The position numbers were made by a program, and so were the translations under genes. 64,000 bases of DNA from an uncultured Alphaproteobacteria bacterium (GTDB lineage: Bacteria > Pseudomonadota > Alphaproteobacteria > Rhizobiales > Beijerinckiaceae): contig CAVRXX010000030.1 of NCBI GenBank assembly GCA_963725195.1, positions 12,261 through 76,260 on the forward strand. The letters run 5' to 3'. Shown piece by piece: positions 18,906-28,954 of this stretch (position 1 is its first letter; each line of letters begins with the position of its first letter). The notes beneath the pieces were generated by a model, which saw only the letters and a list, made by a program, of their open reading frames with translations, searched no databases and was not told the DNA's origin.

Positions 18906-19756
18906 TGACGCGCATCTTCGATTTCGGCGGTCGCGACGTTGAGCGCGCCCAGACCGTCGCAGGTCTTCGCGCGCTGAAAAGCGTGGGGAAGCAGGCGGCT
19001 CAGGTGACGGCCGATACGGCGGACGAGGCGGCCGCCGCTGAGGCTGCCGGCGTTGAAATGGTCGTCTGCCGCGTAGCTAATGTCGGCCGCGTCCGCGAGG
19101 GCTCGCAGCGCGTTTTCGTCACCGCCGCGCTTGGCTTCGCCGAGGCTGTGACCGCCGACGAGATCCGGCGCGCCGCATTCGCGGCGATCACCGGGGGCGC
19201 CGATGCGGTGCTGACGAGCCGCGGCAGCGAAACGGTGGGGAGTCTCGCCCACGAGCAGATTCCGGTCGTCGGCCATCTCGGCTTTGTGCCGCGCAAATCG
19301 ACCTGGGTCGGCGGCGTGCGCGCAGTGGGCAAGAGCGCGACCGAGGCGCTTGAGCTCTGGGATCGGTTCCGGCGCCTCGAAGACGCCGGCGCCTTCGCAG
19401 CCGAATGCGAGCTGATCGCTGCGCCCGTTATGGCGGAGATCCATCGCCGCACCTCCCTCGTCACAATATCGCTCGGCTCTGGCCCTGACGCGGATGTGAC
19501 GTTTCTCTTCACTTCTGACATCTGTGGTGAATCGAGCCGTTTGCCTCGCCACGCGCGCAGGTGGGGCGATCTGGCGGCTAAGCATCAGGCCGTGCGTGAT
19601 GAGCGCGTGCGGGCGCTGAAGCGCTTTCGCGCGGAGGTTGACGCGAAGTCCTTTCCCGCCTCCTTCGAGTGCGCGGACGCTCCGCTCGCTGAGGTCGAAG
19701 CGTTCCGCGCCCGATTGGCGGCCGACCATGGGAAAAAGTCGCTCCCTTCGATGTGA
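18905..19756 (+). CDS. PanB-like ketopantoate hydroxymethyltransferase-fold protein (divergent)
   Basis: IPVVGHLGFVP, RAVGKSA, LEDAGAFAAECE, ISLGSGPDAD; the canonical GDS motif is absent. Confidence 0.7.
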   Translation: MTRIFDFGGRDVERAQTVAGLRALKSVGKQAAQVTADTADEAAAAEAAGVEMVVCRVANVGRVREGSQRVFVTAALGFAEAVTADEIRRAAFAAITGGADAVLTSRGSETVGSLAHEQIPVVGHLGFVPRKSTWVGGVRAVGKSATEALELWDRFRRLEDAGAFAAECELIAAPVMAEIHRRTSLVTISLGSGPDADVTFLFTSDICGESSRLPRHARRWGDLAAKHQAVRDERVRALKRFRAEVDAKSFPASFECADAPLAEVEAFRARLAADHGKKSLPSM

Positions 19757-19759
19757 GAC

Positions 19760-19880
19760 TATTTTGGCGCAAACACGCGGAAAACAGCGTCGAAGCCGGG
19801 TTCGTTAGTCCGTCAATGACGTCGAAATGGTGCTTGCCGGTTTCCGGCGTCCACGGGCACAATCGAGCTTCTCACTTGCT
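19760..19880 (-). pseudogene. C-terminal remnant of an alpha/beta hydrolase (arylformamidase-like)
   Basis: ETGKHHFDVIDGLTNPASTLF resembles the catalytic-His region of kynurenine formamidase-like esterases; the upstream part is missing. Confidence 0.45.
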
Positions 19881-19986
19881 TGAACCATAGGCGAGCCGGC
19901 GTGACCGCTAGGCACAGGGCAGCTTCCGACGGGATGGACCGGGCACTCCTACTTCTTTTCCACCTCGGCGACCGGCAGCCGGTGCT

Positions 19987-22195
19987 TCATGGTTGGGCCG
20001 GGGCTTCCGGCCGCGCCGCGTTCGTTCCCTTGACGAATTCCGCCAGCACGTTGTCGAGAAGCCTCGCCGCGCTACTTTTGAAGCCGTTCCACGCCATGGC
20101 GCCGACGAAGCCAATGGAGCCGACGGAGAAGATCTCACCGCCTGCGGCGACCGGTATGTAGACCATGTCGGCTCGCACCATGTCGGGACGGTTGGGACCG
20201 TCGGAATTCGGCATCGGAGTGCCCAGATCCTCCGGCACCATGAGATATTCCGGTCCAAGGCCCGTGGCTGAGGCGAGGATGGTCGCGTGGGCCGGAGAGC
20301 CGAGCGCAAGGTCATAACGATCGCAATTCGTCGCTGGCCGCGCCGCCGAGAACGTAGCCCTCCTCGCCAATCACATCCTCGCTCACCCCGTCGAAGAACG
20401 CCTTAAATCGCGGCTCGTAGCTTTCCGGGGCCCGCTTGTAGCCTTTCCCCTTTGAAAAACCTTCCGTCGCGAATCCGACGCCAACAAGCGTGTTCGGCCC
20501 GCGCCCCCGATAACGCCACAGGCCTCCAGGCTCGCCGGTGTGGACATGATTCCGCTCGCCGATAGGCGCGTCCCAGGAGCGCAGGCCGGAATTGTCGCGA
20601 CGAACCTCGATGATCCAGGGGCGATCTGGATCGATCGAAGTGACCCAATAGAGGCCGTTCCCGCCGAGATAGAGGATCCGGCCGCCGCCAAGCGCATAGT
20701 CCTCGAGCGCTGTAAGAGCCTTGTTGGTCCAGTACTCCGGATGAGATCCGGTCACGACGACTTTGTACTTCGTGAGCAGCTCGGCTCCCCGGGCATGCAC
20801 GTCCTCGTCTGTGACGACATGGTAGGAATGAGGCAGACGCTCGAGCCACTCAAGAAAGAAGAGGTCGACAGGGAAGTGCCGGTAGCTGCCGGTAAGCCAG
20901 TTCGGATAATGTGGACGGATGTTGAGGAGGGGACGTCTGCGACTGCTGTAGCGAACCGGGCTTCCATCCTTGTGCCGATCATAACAGGACAGGCCAAACT
21001 CGGGGTGCGCGTTGATGAACATCTCATCTTCGGAGATCACGCGCTCATGCCCCATGATCGCGCTCATGTCGGACGCCGCGAAATGGTCGTTGGCGTAGGC
21101 GAGATAGGTGTTGGTCGGCGCGATGAACAGGACGTCGGCGCCCTCGCTTCTGGCGCGCACGAACAGCGGGTAAAGGTCCGCGCGTCCCCCGGTCTCGAGG
21201 CGCACCGCATAGATGCCGCTCTTGAGATCCTTCGGCAGCTCGAAGGAGAGGTTGTACTCCCACCCGGAGTCGATCATCTCGTCCGAGTGGAAGTAGATCG
21301 CCGCGTACTCGTCTGGTGCGGCGACGAATGAGTCCTCGAGCCCCGTCCAGTTGCGGCCGGTCACCGCGCGCTCAGCGCCATTGCGGATGAGGCCGCTTGG
21401 CGCGCGTCCCGTGACTTCGCGAATCTCGCAGGAGCGGAAATTCTCGGCGAAGCTCCAGGCAAGACGCGCGTTCTCGCGGGCGGCGGCGTGCAATGCGGCG
21501 CATTCCTCTGCCGCGACGCCGCGGTCGAAGAACGCCGGGCTGTCGATCTTGCCGTTGAAGCCGTCGACCGCTGAACCGATTGGACTGATCGCGCGAGTTG
21601 CGAGAAGGAGCTTGTCGAAGCGCGGAACCGCGCCATCGAAGGCAATGCGGACATGAGGAACGGCCGCCGGTCCCGGAAGGCCCTTCACCTGCTTGATGTG
21701 GACAAGGACTTCGCTCTTGCCGTGGTGAGTGTCGGCGCTGAGGACGGCGGAGTACCAGACAAGAGGCTGAACGCTGAGGCCGAGGGCGCGTGATTGCCCT
21801 CGGACCGAGACGACGAGCTCCGACTTTCGGATGGCGAGCGCGAACGTCTCGCCTTCTCCCGAGGTCCCCGCCACAAGCGTCTGCAGGTTCTCCCAACCGG
21901 GAACGCTCGAATAAAACCAGAAGTGCAGAGCGAACGACGGCCCAAAGGCGCCTCCCAGCGGCAATTCCGCGTAGGAGCCGACCGCTGTCGGCTGCTCGAC
22001 GCCCGGCACGGTCACGTCCACGCCGGGAACCGGAACCCCGAAGGAACGCGAAGCGTTCCCCGAATCCTCGTTGCTCGGCCCCCGGGTGATCCGCTCAAGC
22101 GTCGCGCGGACGCTTTTGTGCTTGGTGCTGATCGCCATGCGGACGGTCTCGCCCGGCAGGCGGGACCATTCCTCGAAATAGGCCTGCACGTCCAT
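19987..22195 (-). CDS. N,N-dimethylformamidase beta-subunit family protein, frameshift near 20325
   Basis: LKSGIYAVRL, APTNTYLAYAN, GLSCYDRHKDGSPVRYSSRRRP, TGSHPEYW, YLGGNGLYW; C-terminal VRADMVY and FSVGSIGF in a second frame. Confidence 0.85.
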
Positions 22196-22224
22196 AGAAT
22201 CTCACTCCGAGTTTTGCAGCCGCT

Positions 22225-23808
22225 TCAGACGGCGCGCTTCATACGCGCCGCGACAACTTCGCCGATCATGACTGAGGTGAAATGCGTGTTCGCCCGGCAA
22301 TCGAGCGGCATGATGGAAGCGTCCGCCACCCGGAGGCGCTGCACGCCCTTGACCGAACCGTCCGGGTTCACGACCCCCGACGTCTCTGTTCTGGCGGTCA
22401 TTCGGCAGGTTCCCGCGGCATGCTGAGCATCGCCCGCCTCCAATAGGGTGAGGCGGTCCCGCTCGTCCTCTTTCATCGCGAAGTGTTCATCGAGGCTCAG
22501 ACCCGAGGCTCCAAAGGTCACGGAACGCGCAACGCGGGCGATGGCGGGATGCTGGACGATTTCTGCGCCGCGGCGCAGGGCATCCCGCATTCGCGCCATG
22601 TCGCGGGAATCGGAGAGCATGTTGGCCTCAACCAGCGGATCATGGTCGGGCTCCGGCGAGGCGAAGCGGACCTTGCCCCGCGAAAAGGCCTGAAAGACGG
22701 ATACGCCAAGGGCGCCCGGAATCGCAACGCCATCGACGGAAACGCCCAGATGGTTGAACGCGATCATCAGCATGTCGCGCCGCCCCGCGCTGCCCATGCC
22801 GGACGTGTAGCTGACGCAGCAGTTCGTGTGACGCGCGTCCCGGTCGCGCGGTGCGAATTCCTCCTTCAAGGCCACCGTGAGGCGAAGGATGGGATGTTCG
22901 AGAAGGTTGCCTCCGACGTCCGGCAGGTCGCGAAGGGGAAAGACGCCCAATTCTCTCAACACTCCCGCCGGCCCCAGCCCCGAACGAATCAAGATTCCCG
23001 GCGAGTGAACGGCTCCGGCGCACAATACGACCTCATTGGCCGCCAAGTTCGTCCAGCCTTTGCCGGACAGACGCACGCGCACCCCGCTCGCGACGGTTCC
23101 ATTGAAAGTCACGCGGTCGACAAGCGCGTCGCCCACGACCGTGAGATTCGGCCGATTGCGCGCCGGTTCGAGATAGGCCTCGTTGGTCGACACGCGCCGG
23201 CCGAGACGATTGTTGATCGGATAGCACGCCACACCCTCGCCATGGGCGGCGTTGAGGTCCTCGTGCCAGGGATAGCCGAGGTCGAGAGCCGCGTCCCGAA
23301 CCGCCCGGTCCACAGGACCCCAGCTCTCGACCGGCGCGCGATAGACGGGGATCGGTCCTCCTTTTCCATGCTGGTCGGGGAAGGGCGCTTCGGGATCGTC
23401 TTCGATGGCGGAGAATATCGGCACGACGTCCGAGGCCGCCCATCCTTCGCAGCCCGCCTTGGCCCACTCGTCGAAGGCGTCGGCGACGCCCCGGATCGCG
23501 ATCTGCGCGTTCATGGCCGAACTCCCGCCGAGGCCGCGCCCGCGCCAATAGAGCCGAGGCTCCTGAATGGTCGTGCGACGCGCCATGAGTTTTGGCCATT
23601 GCCACGCCGCCTGCATCTCCGGCTCCATGATGATCGCGCACGGATTCGCGCTAAGCATTTCCGGCGGCGCCTCGGATGCGCGCCAGTCTCGTCCGGCCTC
23701 GAGAAGCAACACGCGGCGGCCTGGATCTTCGGAAAGGCGCGCCGCAAGGGGCGCGCCGGCTGAGCCTGCGCCGACCACCACGACATCCCAATGCTCGTCG
23801 GTCAGCAT
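22225..23808 (-). CDS. GMC (glucose-methanol-choline) oxidoreductase
   Basis: VVVGAGSAG, RGRGLGGSSAMN, LCAGAVHSP, HAAGTCRM, LRVADASIMP. Confidence 0.92.
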   Translation of the reverse strand: MLTDEHWDVVVVGAGSAGAPLAARLSEDPGRRVLLLEAGRDWRASEAPPEMLSANPCAIIMEPEMQAAWQWPKLMARRTTIQEPRLYWRGRGLGGSSAMNAQIAIRGVADAFDEWAKAGCEGWAASDVVPIFSAIEDDPEAPFPDQHGKGGPIPVYRAPVESWGPVDRAVRDAALDLGYPWHEDLNAAHGEGVACYPINNRLGRRVSTNEAYLEPARNRPNLTVVGDALVDRVTFNGTVASGVRVRLSGKGWTNLAANEVVLCAGAVHSPGILIRSGLGPAGVLRELGVFPLRDLPDVGGNLLEHPILRLTVALKEEFAPRDRDARHTNCCVSYTSGMGSAGRRDMLMIAFNHLGVSVDGVAIPGALGVSVFQAFSRGKVRFASPEPDHDPLVEANMLSDSRDMARMRDALRRGAEIVQHPAIARVARSVTFGASGLSLDEHFAMKEDERDRLTLLEAGDAQHAAGTCRMTARTETSGVVNPDGSVKGVQRLRVADASIMPLDCRANTHFTSVMIGEVVAARMKRAV

Positions 23809-25281
23809 TCCAAACCTCCTGCGGTTGTTGTCGTGTGGGCCGCGACGTGACTGTCCGGTACGCGCCCCGTCCACCGGGACGCCCGTCGCAGCGCTTCGGC
23901 AAAGCGATGTCGGTCGATGTCCTCAAGCGCGCCCGTCGGAGCGACGCGGCGATACTCAATCTCAATCGCGGGCGCCGCGACGGACGCGCCGAGACTCGCG
24001 AGCTGCAAGAGCCCGACCGCCGTGACATCGCTCGTATTCGCGACCAGGACCTCGCCTCCAATGGCTTCGGCAAGAAAGCCGCAGAAGTAGCGGCTCCGCG
24101 TAAGACCCCCATCAACCGCGATCCTTGTGCAAGGCGTGACCGCGTTGAACGCGTCGATCAATTCCGCGGTCCGGAAGGCGATCCCCTCGACCACCGCGCG
24201 GCAGAGATCTGCGCGCGAAGTCGCAAGATTCATTCCGATCCAGAGACCGCGCGCCGACCGGTCCCAGTGAGGGCATCCAAGCCCGGACTGCGCGGGCACG
24301 AACATGACGCCTCTGCTTGCCGCAGAGAGACCCTCGAATGCATCGAGCTCCTCAAACGTATCGAGCAGGCCGACGCCTCTCAGCCATTCCACCGCCGCTC
24401 CCGCGGTGAGAACGCCGCCATCCAGAGCGTAAGCGGGCGCCGCCTGCCCAAGCCGCCATGCGCAGGTGGGGATAAGCCCGGAACGGGCGCCGAACTCGGG
24501 CGTTTCCCCTGTCAGCCCCAGGGCGAACGCGCCCGTGCCGAAGGTGATTTTTACCTCGCCCGGCCTTCGACAGTCGTGCCCGAAAAGAGCGGCCTGCTGA
24601 TCGACGGCGCTCGCTGAGATCGCGCCGCCGCCGCCGATCTCGCCGAATGCGCCCGTCGTCGGCAGGATGGCTGGAAGCAACTCGATGGGCACGCCAAATG
24701 CTTCGCAGAGGTCTTGATCCCATTGCAGGGTCGAGAGATTGACGAGGCTCGTGCGCGAGGCGGTCGAGACGTCCGTGCAGAACGCGCCGCAAATCCGGTC
24801 GAGCAGGAAGGCGTCGCTCGTGCCGATCCGCAACCGCCCTGTCCGTGCGAGGCTACGCGCGTCTTCTGCATTGTCGAGCAGCCAGCGCAACTTGCTAGCG
24901 GAGAAATATGGGTCCAGCGGCAGTCCGGCGCGTTCGAGGGTGAGCGCCTCGAGCCCCGCGCTGCGAAGCCGTTCCACGTCTTCCCGCGTTCGCTCATCCT
25001 GCCATACGATCGCGTTATAGAGGGGACGCTTCGTCTCAGCGTCCCAGGCGACAACAGTCTCGCCCTGGTTGGCGAGACCGATCGCATCTGATGATCCGGC
25101 GAACGTCGCGAGCTCCAGCACATGGTTGCTGATCTCGATCGGATCGTGCTCGACCCATCCGGCGTAAGGGCGGATCTGCCGGTGCGTGCGACTCCCGACA
25201 AATGTCGGCGGCGCCGCCGTCGATGCTGACGTAAGCCTTCGTCGAGGTCGTTCCCTGATCGATGGCGAGGATCGACGGCAC
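23802..25281 (-). CDS. FGGY-family kinase (glycerol kinase-like), indels near the 5' end
   Basis: LAIDQGTTSTK, GLANQGET, NAIVWQD, DPYFSASKL, TDVSTASRT, DQQAALFG, KITFGTGAF. Confidence 0.85.
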
Positions 25282-25298
25282 GTCGCTGTTCGAGTCCT

Positions 25299-26495
25299 TC
25301 AGTCGAGCGTGATGACCGCGTCCCGCTTCCCGCGCAGGCGTTCGCCGGGAAACGTGAGGCGGAGCCGCCGCTCAGGAAGCGCGGTGATGCGGCGCACCGC
25401 GAGTGTCTCGCCGCGCGCGCTCAGGCGCAGCACACCCTTGTGGGCCCGCGCCGCGCGAGCAAAAATCGTGATCGGGCCATCGTTCGGCAGAAGGCGTTGG
25501 GGATAGGCGTAGCGCAGGGCGCCTTCCACGCTGAGCGTGGTCGCGGCCTCGGCATCCGGCAGGCCGCCCGCCAGAGCCTTCAGGATCGAGTGCGCCGCGG
25601 ACTTGCCTTCCGCCGCCACCCAGCCGGAATGTTCGACCGGCCGCAGGACGTTCCCTGCGGCGAAGTAGTGGGGATCGGAGCACCGCCATGCCGAATCGAT
25701 CGCGGGTCCCCCGGTGAGGTGGTCGAAGACGATGGGGCTCGCTTCGATGAGCGCCGCATCGGGCCTGAATTTCCCGGTGAAGATCACCCCGTCACATGCG
25801 AGCGTCGAGCGCGTTCCGTCGCGCTCGATCTCCACGCTCTCCACACGGTCCAAGCCGTTGATGCGCAGAAGCCGCGTCCGGGTGAGGACGGGAACGCCGA
25901 ACAGCGCTCGCCAGGCGACGTCCAGTGGGCGTCGCGCGACAATCCGGTCTCCTTCTTCGATCATGGCGGCGGGACGAATTCCGGCGTGACGCGCCGTGAG
26001 GATTGCCGAGAAGGAAACAAGCTCCGTCCCGACGATGACGGGTCGGCTGAAAGGCCGCATGGCGCCGCTGTAGACCATGTCCTGAAAGGCGCCGGTTGTC
26101 GTGATTCCCCAAGGCCGCGCGCCGGAAACGAGGCGCGCCGATCGCGGAGTCTCGCGTATGCCCGTCGCGATCAGGATCGCGCGCGCCTCGAGCTTCTCGA
26201 TCCCGGCTTGCGTGGCAACTTCGATCCGCCCTTGCGGTTCTATGCGGGTGACGGTTGCGTTGGCCATGATCTCAACGCCACGCGCCGCCTTGATCAGACG
26301 TTCGGCATAAGACGGCCCGGTCCAGACGCGCCTGAAGTCGAGAAGACCGAAGCCTGGATGGCCGCAGTGGCGAGGGAGTCCGCCCGCCACCGGGGCTCGT
26401 TCCAGGACGAGGACGTCCCGGACGCCATTGTCGCGGAGTATCCGCGCCCCTGTCAGTCCCGCCGGTCCCGCGCCAATAATGATAGCGGATCGCAT
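25299..26495 (-). CDS. NAD(P)/FAD-dependent oxidoreductase
   Basis: IIGAGPAGL, GGLPRHCGH, IATGIRE, FAAGNVL. Confidence 0.85.
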   Translation of the reverse strand: MRSAIIIGAGPAGLTGARILRDNGVRDVLVLERAPVAGGLPRHCGHPGFGLLDFRRVWTGPSYAERLIKAARGVEIMANATVTRIEPQGRIEVATQAGIEKLEARAILIATGIRETPRSARLVSGARPWGITTTGAFQDMVYSGAMRPFSRPVIVGTELVSFSAILTARHAGIRPAAMIEEGDRIVARRPLDVAWRALFGVPVLTRTRLLRINGLDRVESVEIERDGTRSTLACDGVIFTGKFRPDAALIEASPIVFDHLTGGPAIDSAWRCSDPHYFAAGNVLRPVEHSGWVAAEGKSAAHSILKALAGGLPDAEAATTLSVEGALRYAYPQRLLPNDGPITIFARAARAHKGVLRLSARGETLAVRRITALPERRLRLTFPGERLRGKRDAVITLD

Positions 26496-27904
26496 CAGCC
26501 ATTGTTCCGCCGATTGGCCGTGGGCTCTGGCAGGTCACGTATGCGCCCTGCGGCAAGCTCGGAAATGCGGCGCGTGCAATAGAAGCCCTGGCAGCGGCCC
26601 ATCATGCAGCGTGTGCGACGCCGGAGCCCTCCGAGGGTGGCCACGGGGAGCGGATCCTCGAAAGCTGCTTCAATCTCTCTTTCCGTCACAAGCTCGCAGT
26701 GACAGACGATGGCCGAGCGTCCCTTTTCCTGATAGGCGCGCGGGCGATCCTCGGCGAGATTGGGCGCTGGAGTCCACGCAACGGACTCGCGGCCAGCCAG
26801 CGCGCCAAAACGATCCTCATACAATTCGCGAATGTGACGGGCGATGCCCAGGCACGCCGTAAGCCCAGTTGAGCGAATGCCGCCGACCGTGATCCACCGC
26901 TCTTTCGGCAACGCCTCGATCTGGTAGTCCTTGAACTGCGTGGCGGGGCGCAGGCCGGCATAGACGGCGGTGACGGAATGCTGCGCGAGCGCGGGCACGA
27001 TCCGGGATCCCTCGGCGATGAGAGCAGCGAGCGTTGCTTCCTCGACGGTCGCGATTCGGCGTTCGTCCTGATCTTCGGCGGTGGGGCCAACGATCAAGTT
27101 CCCGAAGGCGCTCTGGCCGACCACGACGCCCTTGGTGCGCGCGCTCGGCACCGGAAGCAGGATGCGAGGCGCGAGCCCGAACGCCGTCTTATCGAAGACG
27201 ACGAACTGACCTTTCCTCGGACGGATATGAAACGGGCTCGGCCTCGCTATGGCTTCAACGAGATCGCCGTAGTTTCCAGCGCAGTTGATCACAACCGACG
27301 CCTTGATGACGCTGCAGCCCGTCGCGTCCAGCGACCAGGTCCCATCGGCAAGGCGGCCGGCGCCGACCTCTGCGTTGCGCAGTACGACGCCGCCATTCGC
27401 CAGCCCTTGCAGCAGGTAGGCGAGCGGCGCCGACCACGGGTCGATGACCGATTCTCCTGGCACCAGGACTCCGGCCTTCGCGGACTCGTTGAGATCAGGC
27501 GCTTCGCGGCGGACCTCCGCGGCGCTGAGGGAACGAACGTCCACGCCGTTCGCGCGGGCCTGCGCGATGATTGCCGGCAGCTTCGCGACCTCGCCTTCGG
27601 TCCAAGCGATGACGATGGCGCCGGTCTTCCGCAGCGGAAGATTCAGCCGCTCATGGATCTCGCAATAGCGCCGGTAGCCGTCCCGTACGCATTTCGCCTC
27701 GAGAGTGTCAGGCTGAGCGTCGAACCCGGTATGAAGCAGGCCGCTGTTGCCCTTGCTCGCGCCGTTGAGAAAGTCCGCATCGCGCTCAAGAATGATCGTC
27801 CGCGCTCCGGCGAGGACGAATTCGCGGAAGACCGCGCAGCCGACGACGCCGGCGCCGATCACCGCGATGTCGAACATGCTCGAGTGCGATGACCGAACGG
27901 TCAT
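26495..27904 (-). CDS. FAD-dependent oxidoreductase (GlpA/LhgO-like) with C-terminal BFD-type [2Fe-2S] domain
   Basis: IGAGVVG, ASKGNSGLLHTG, YAGLRP, GGIRSTGLT, VCHCELV...MGRCQGFYC. Confidence 0.88.
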   Translation of the reverse strand: MTVRSSHSSMFDIAVIGAGVVGCAVFREFVLAGARTIILERDADFLNGASKGNSGLLHTGFDAQPDTLEAKCVRDGYRRYCEIHERLNLPLRKTGAIVIAWTEGEVAKLPAIIAQARANGVDVRSLSAAEVRREAPDLNESAKAGVLVPGESVIDPWSAPLAYLLQGLANGGVVLRNAEVGAGRLADGTWSLDATGCSVIKASVVINCAGNYGDLVEAIARPSPFHIRPRKGQFVVFDKTAFGLAPRILLPVPSARTKGVVVGQSAFGNLIVGPTAEDQDERRIATVEEATLAALIAEGSRIVPALAQHSVTAVYAGLRPATQFKDYQIEALPKERWITVGGIRSTGLTACLGIARHIRELYEDRFGALAGRESVAWTPAPNLAEDRPRAYQEKGRSAIVCHCELVTEREIEAAFEDPLPVATLGGLRRRTRCMMGRCQGFYCTRRISELAAGRIRDLPEPTANRRNNG

Positions 27905-27929
27905 AAATTCGATACGCTCATTTCGTAGG

Positions 27930-27947
27930 CATGACTGCTCAGTCATG
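27930..27947. promoter_or_regulatory. Putative DeoR-family operator
   Basis: Perfect inverted repeat CATGACTG-CT-CAGTCATG in the divergent intergenic region; GACTG-N2-CAGTC core recurs at 28824-28835. Confidence 0.6.
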
Positions 27948-28041
27948 ATAGGCTGCTGCCTCGAATCTTCGCAAGCCCGATTTTGGAGGCGATGCTTCGG
28001 ACTGTTTTCATCGGGGAAATCGACATGGATCAGGGGACTTT

Positions 28042-28803
28042 ATGATTCCGGCGCAGCGGCGCGGCGCGATTCTCGAACTCGCACGACAACAAAGCGAACT
28101 GAAGGTGGAGGACATTGCGTCCCGCTTCGGGGTCTCGCGCGAGACCGTGCGGCGCGATTTGGCCCAGCTCGACGCACGGGGCCTGCTGAGGCGGGTGCAT
28201 GGCGGGGCGCAGAAGCCGCAGACCGCCGCCGAAGCGCCTTTCCGCGAGCGGCTGATCGAGAACGCCGACGCCAAGGAGCGCATCGCCCGGACAACCGCGA
28301 GGCTGTTCCAGGATGACGACACCCTGATGATCGACACCGGCTCGACCACGCAGGCGCTCGCACGCGAGCTGGCCCGAAGGCGCTTGATGATCATCACGAA
28401 TTCGGTCGGTGTCGCGCAAAACCTCTACGGTTCAGGGTCGATCGCACGGGTCCATCTCGTCGGCGGGGAGTATCGCGGGGAGACTGGCGAGGTGCTCGGC
28501 TCCGTCGCCCTCGACCAGATCCGGCAATATCGCGCCGATCACGCGATTCTGACCGTCGGCGCGATCGACGCGGCCGGCGGCTTTATGGACTTCGACGTCG
28601 AGGAGGCCATGGTCGCGAGGGCCATGATTCGGCAGTCGGAACAGGTCACGGTGATCGCCGATCACAGCAAGTTCGGGCGGGTGGCGATGGCCCAGGTCTG
28701 CCCGCTGGATGGTGTCGCGCGCCTCGTCACGGATCGCCCGCCCAATCCCATTATGGCCGAAGCGCTACGCTCCGCCGGGGTCGAGGTCCACGTCGCCGAC
28801 TAG
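28042..28803 (+). CDS. DeoR/GlpR family transcriptional regulator
   Basis: VSRETVRRDL, RRVHGGA, IDTGSTT, ITNS, ADHSKF. Confidence 0.95.
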   Translation: MIPAQRRGAILELARQQSELKVEDIASRFGVSRETVRRDLAQLDARGLLRRVHGGAQKPQTAAEAPFRERLIENADAKERIARTTARLFQDDDTLMIDTGSTTQALARELARRRLMIITNSVGVAQNLYGSGSIARVHLVGGEYRGETGEVLGSVALDQIRQYRADHAILTVGAIDAAGGFMDFDVEEAMVARAMIRQSEQVTVIADHSKFGRVAMAQVCPLDGVARLVTDRPPNPIMAEALRSAGVEVHVAD

Positions 28804-28821
28804 CGTCATCTCTTTTTTCTG

Positions 28822-28837
28822 TTGACTGAACAGTCGA
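28822..28837 (+). promoter_or_regulatory. Second putative DeoR operator overlapping a TTGACT -35 box
   Basis: TTGACTG-AA-CAGTCGA upstream of the ABC operon. Confidence 0.55.
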
Positions 28838-28954
28838 TTTCGACCTACCGTTCGTGCAATCGGCCGAAGGTGCGTCAGTTTGCGCCAAGCGGGTTAGCAG
28901 ATCAGGGCGGGCGCTTGGGCGCGGCCCGGAAACGTTGAAGGGAGTGGGCAAACG

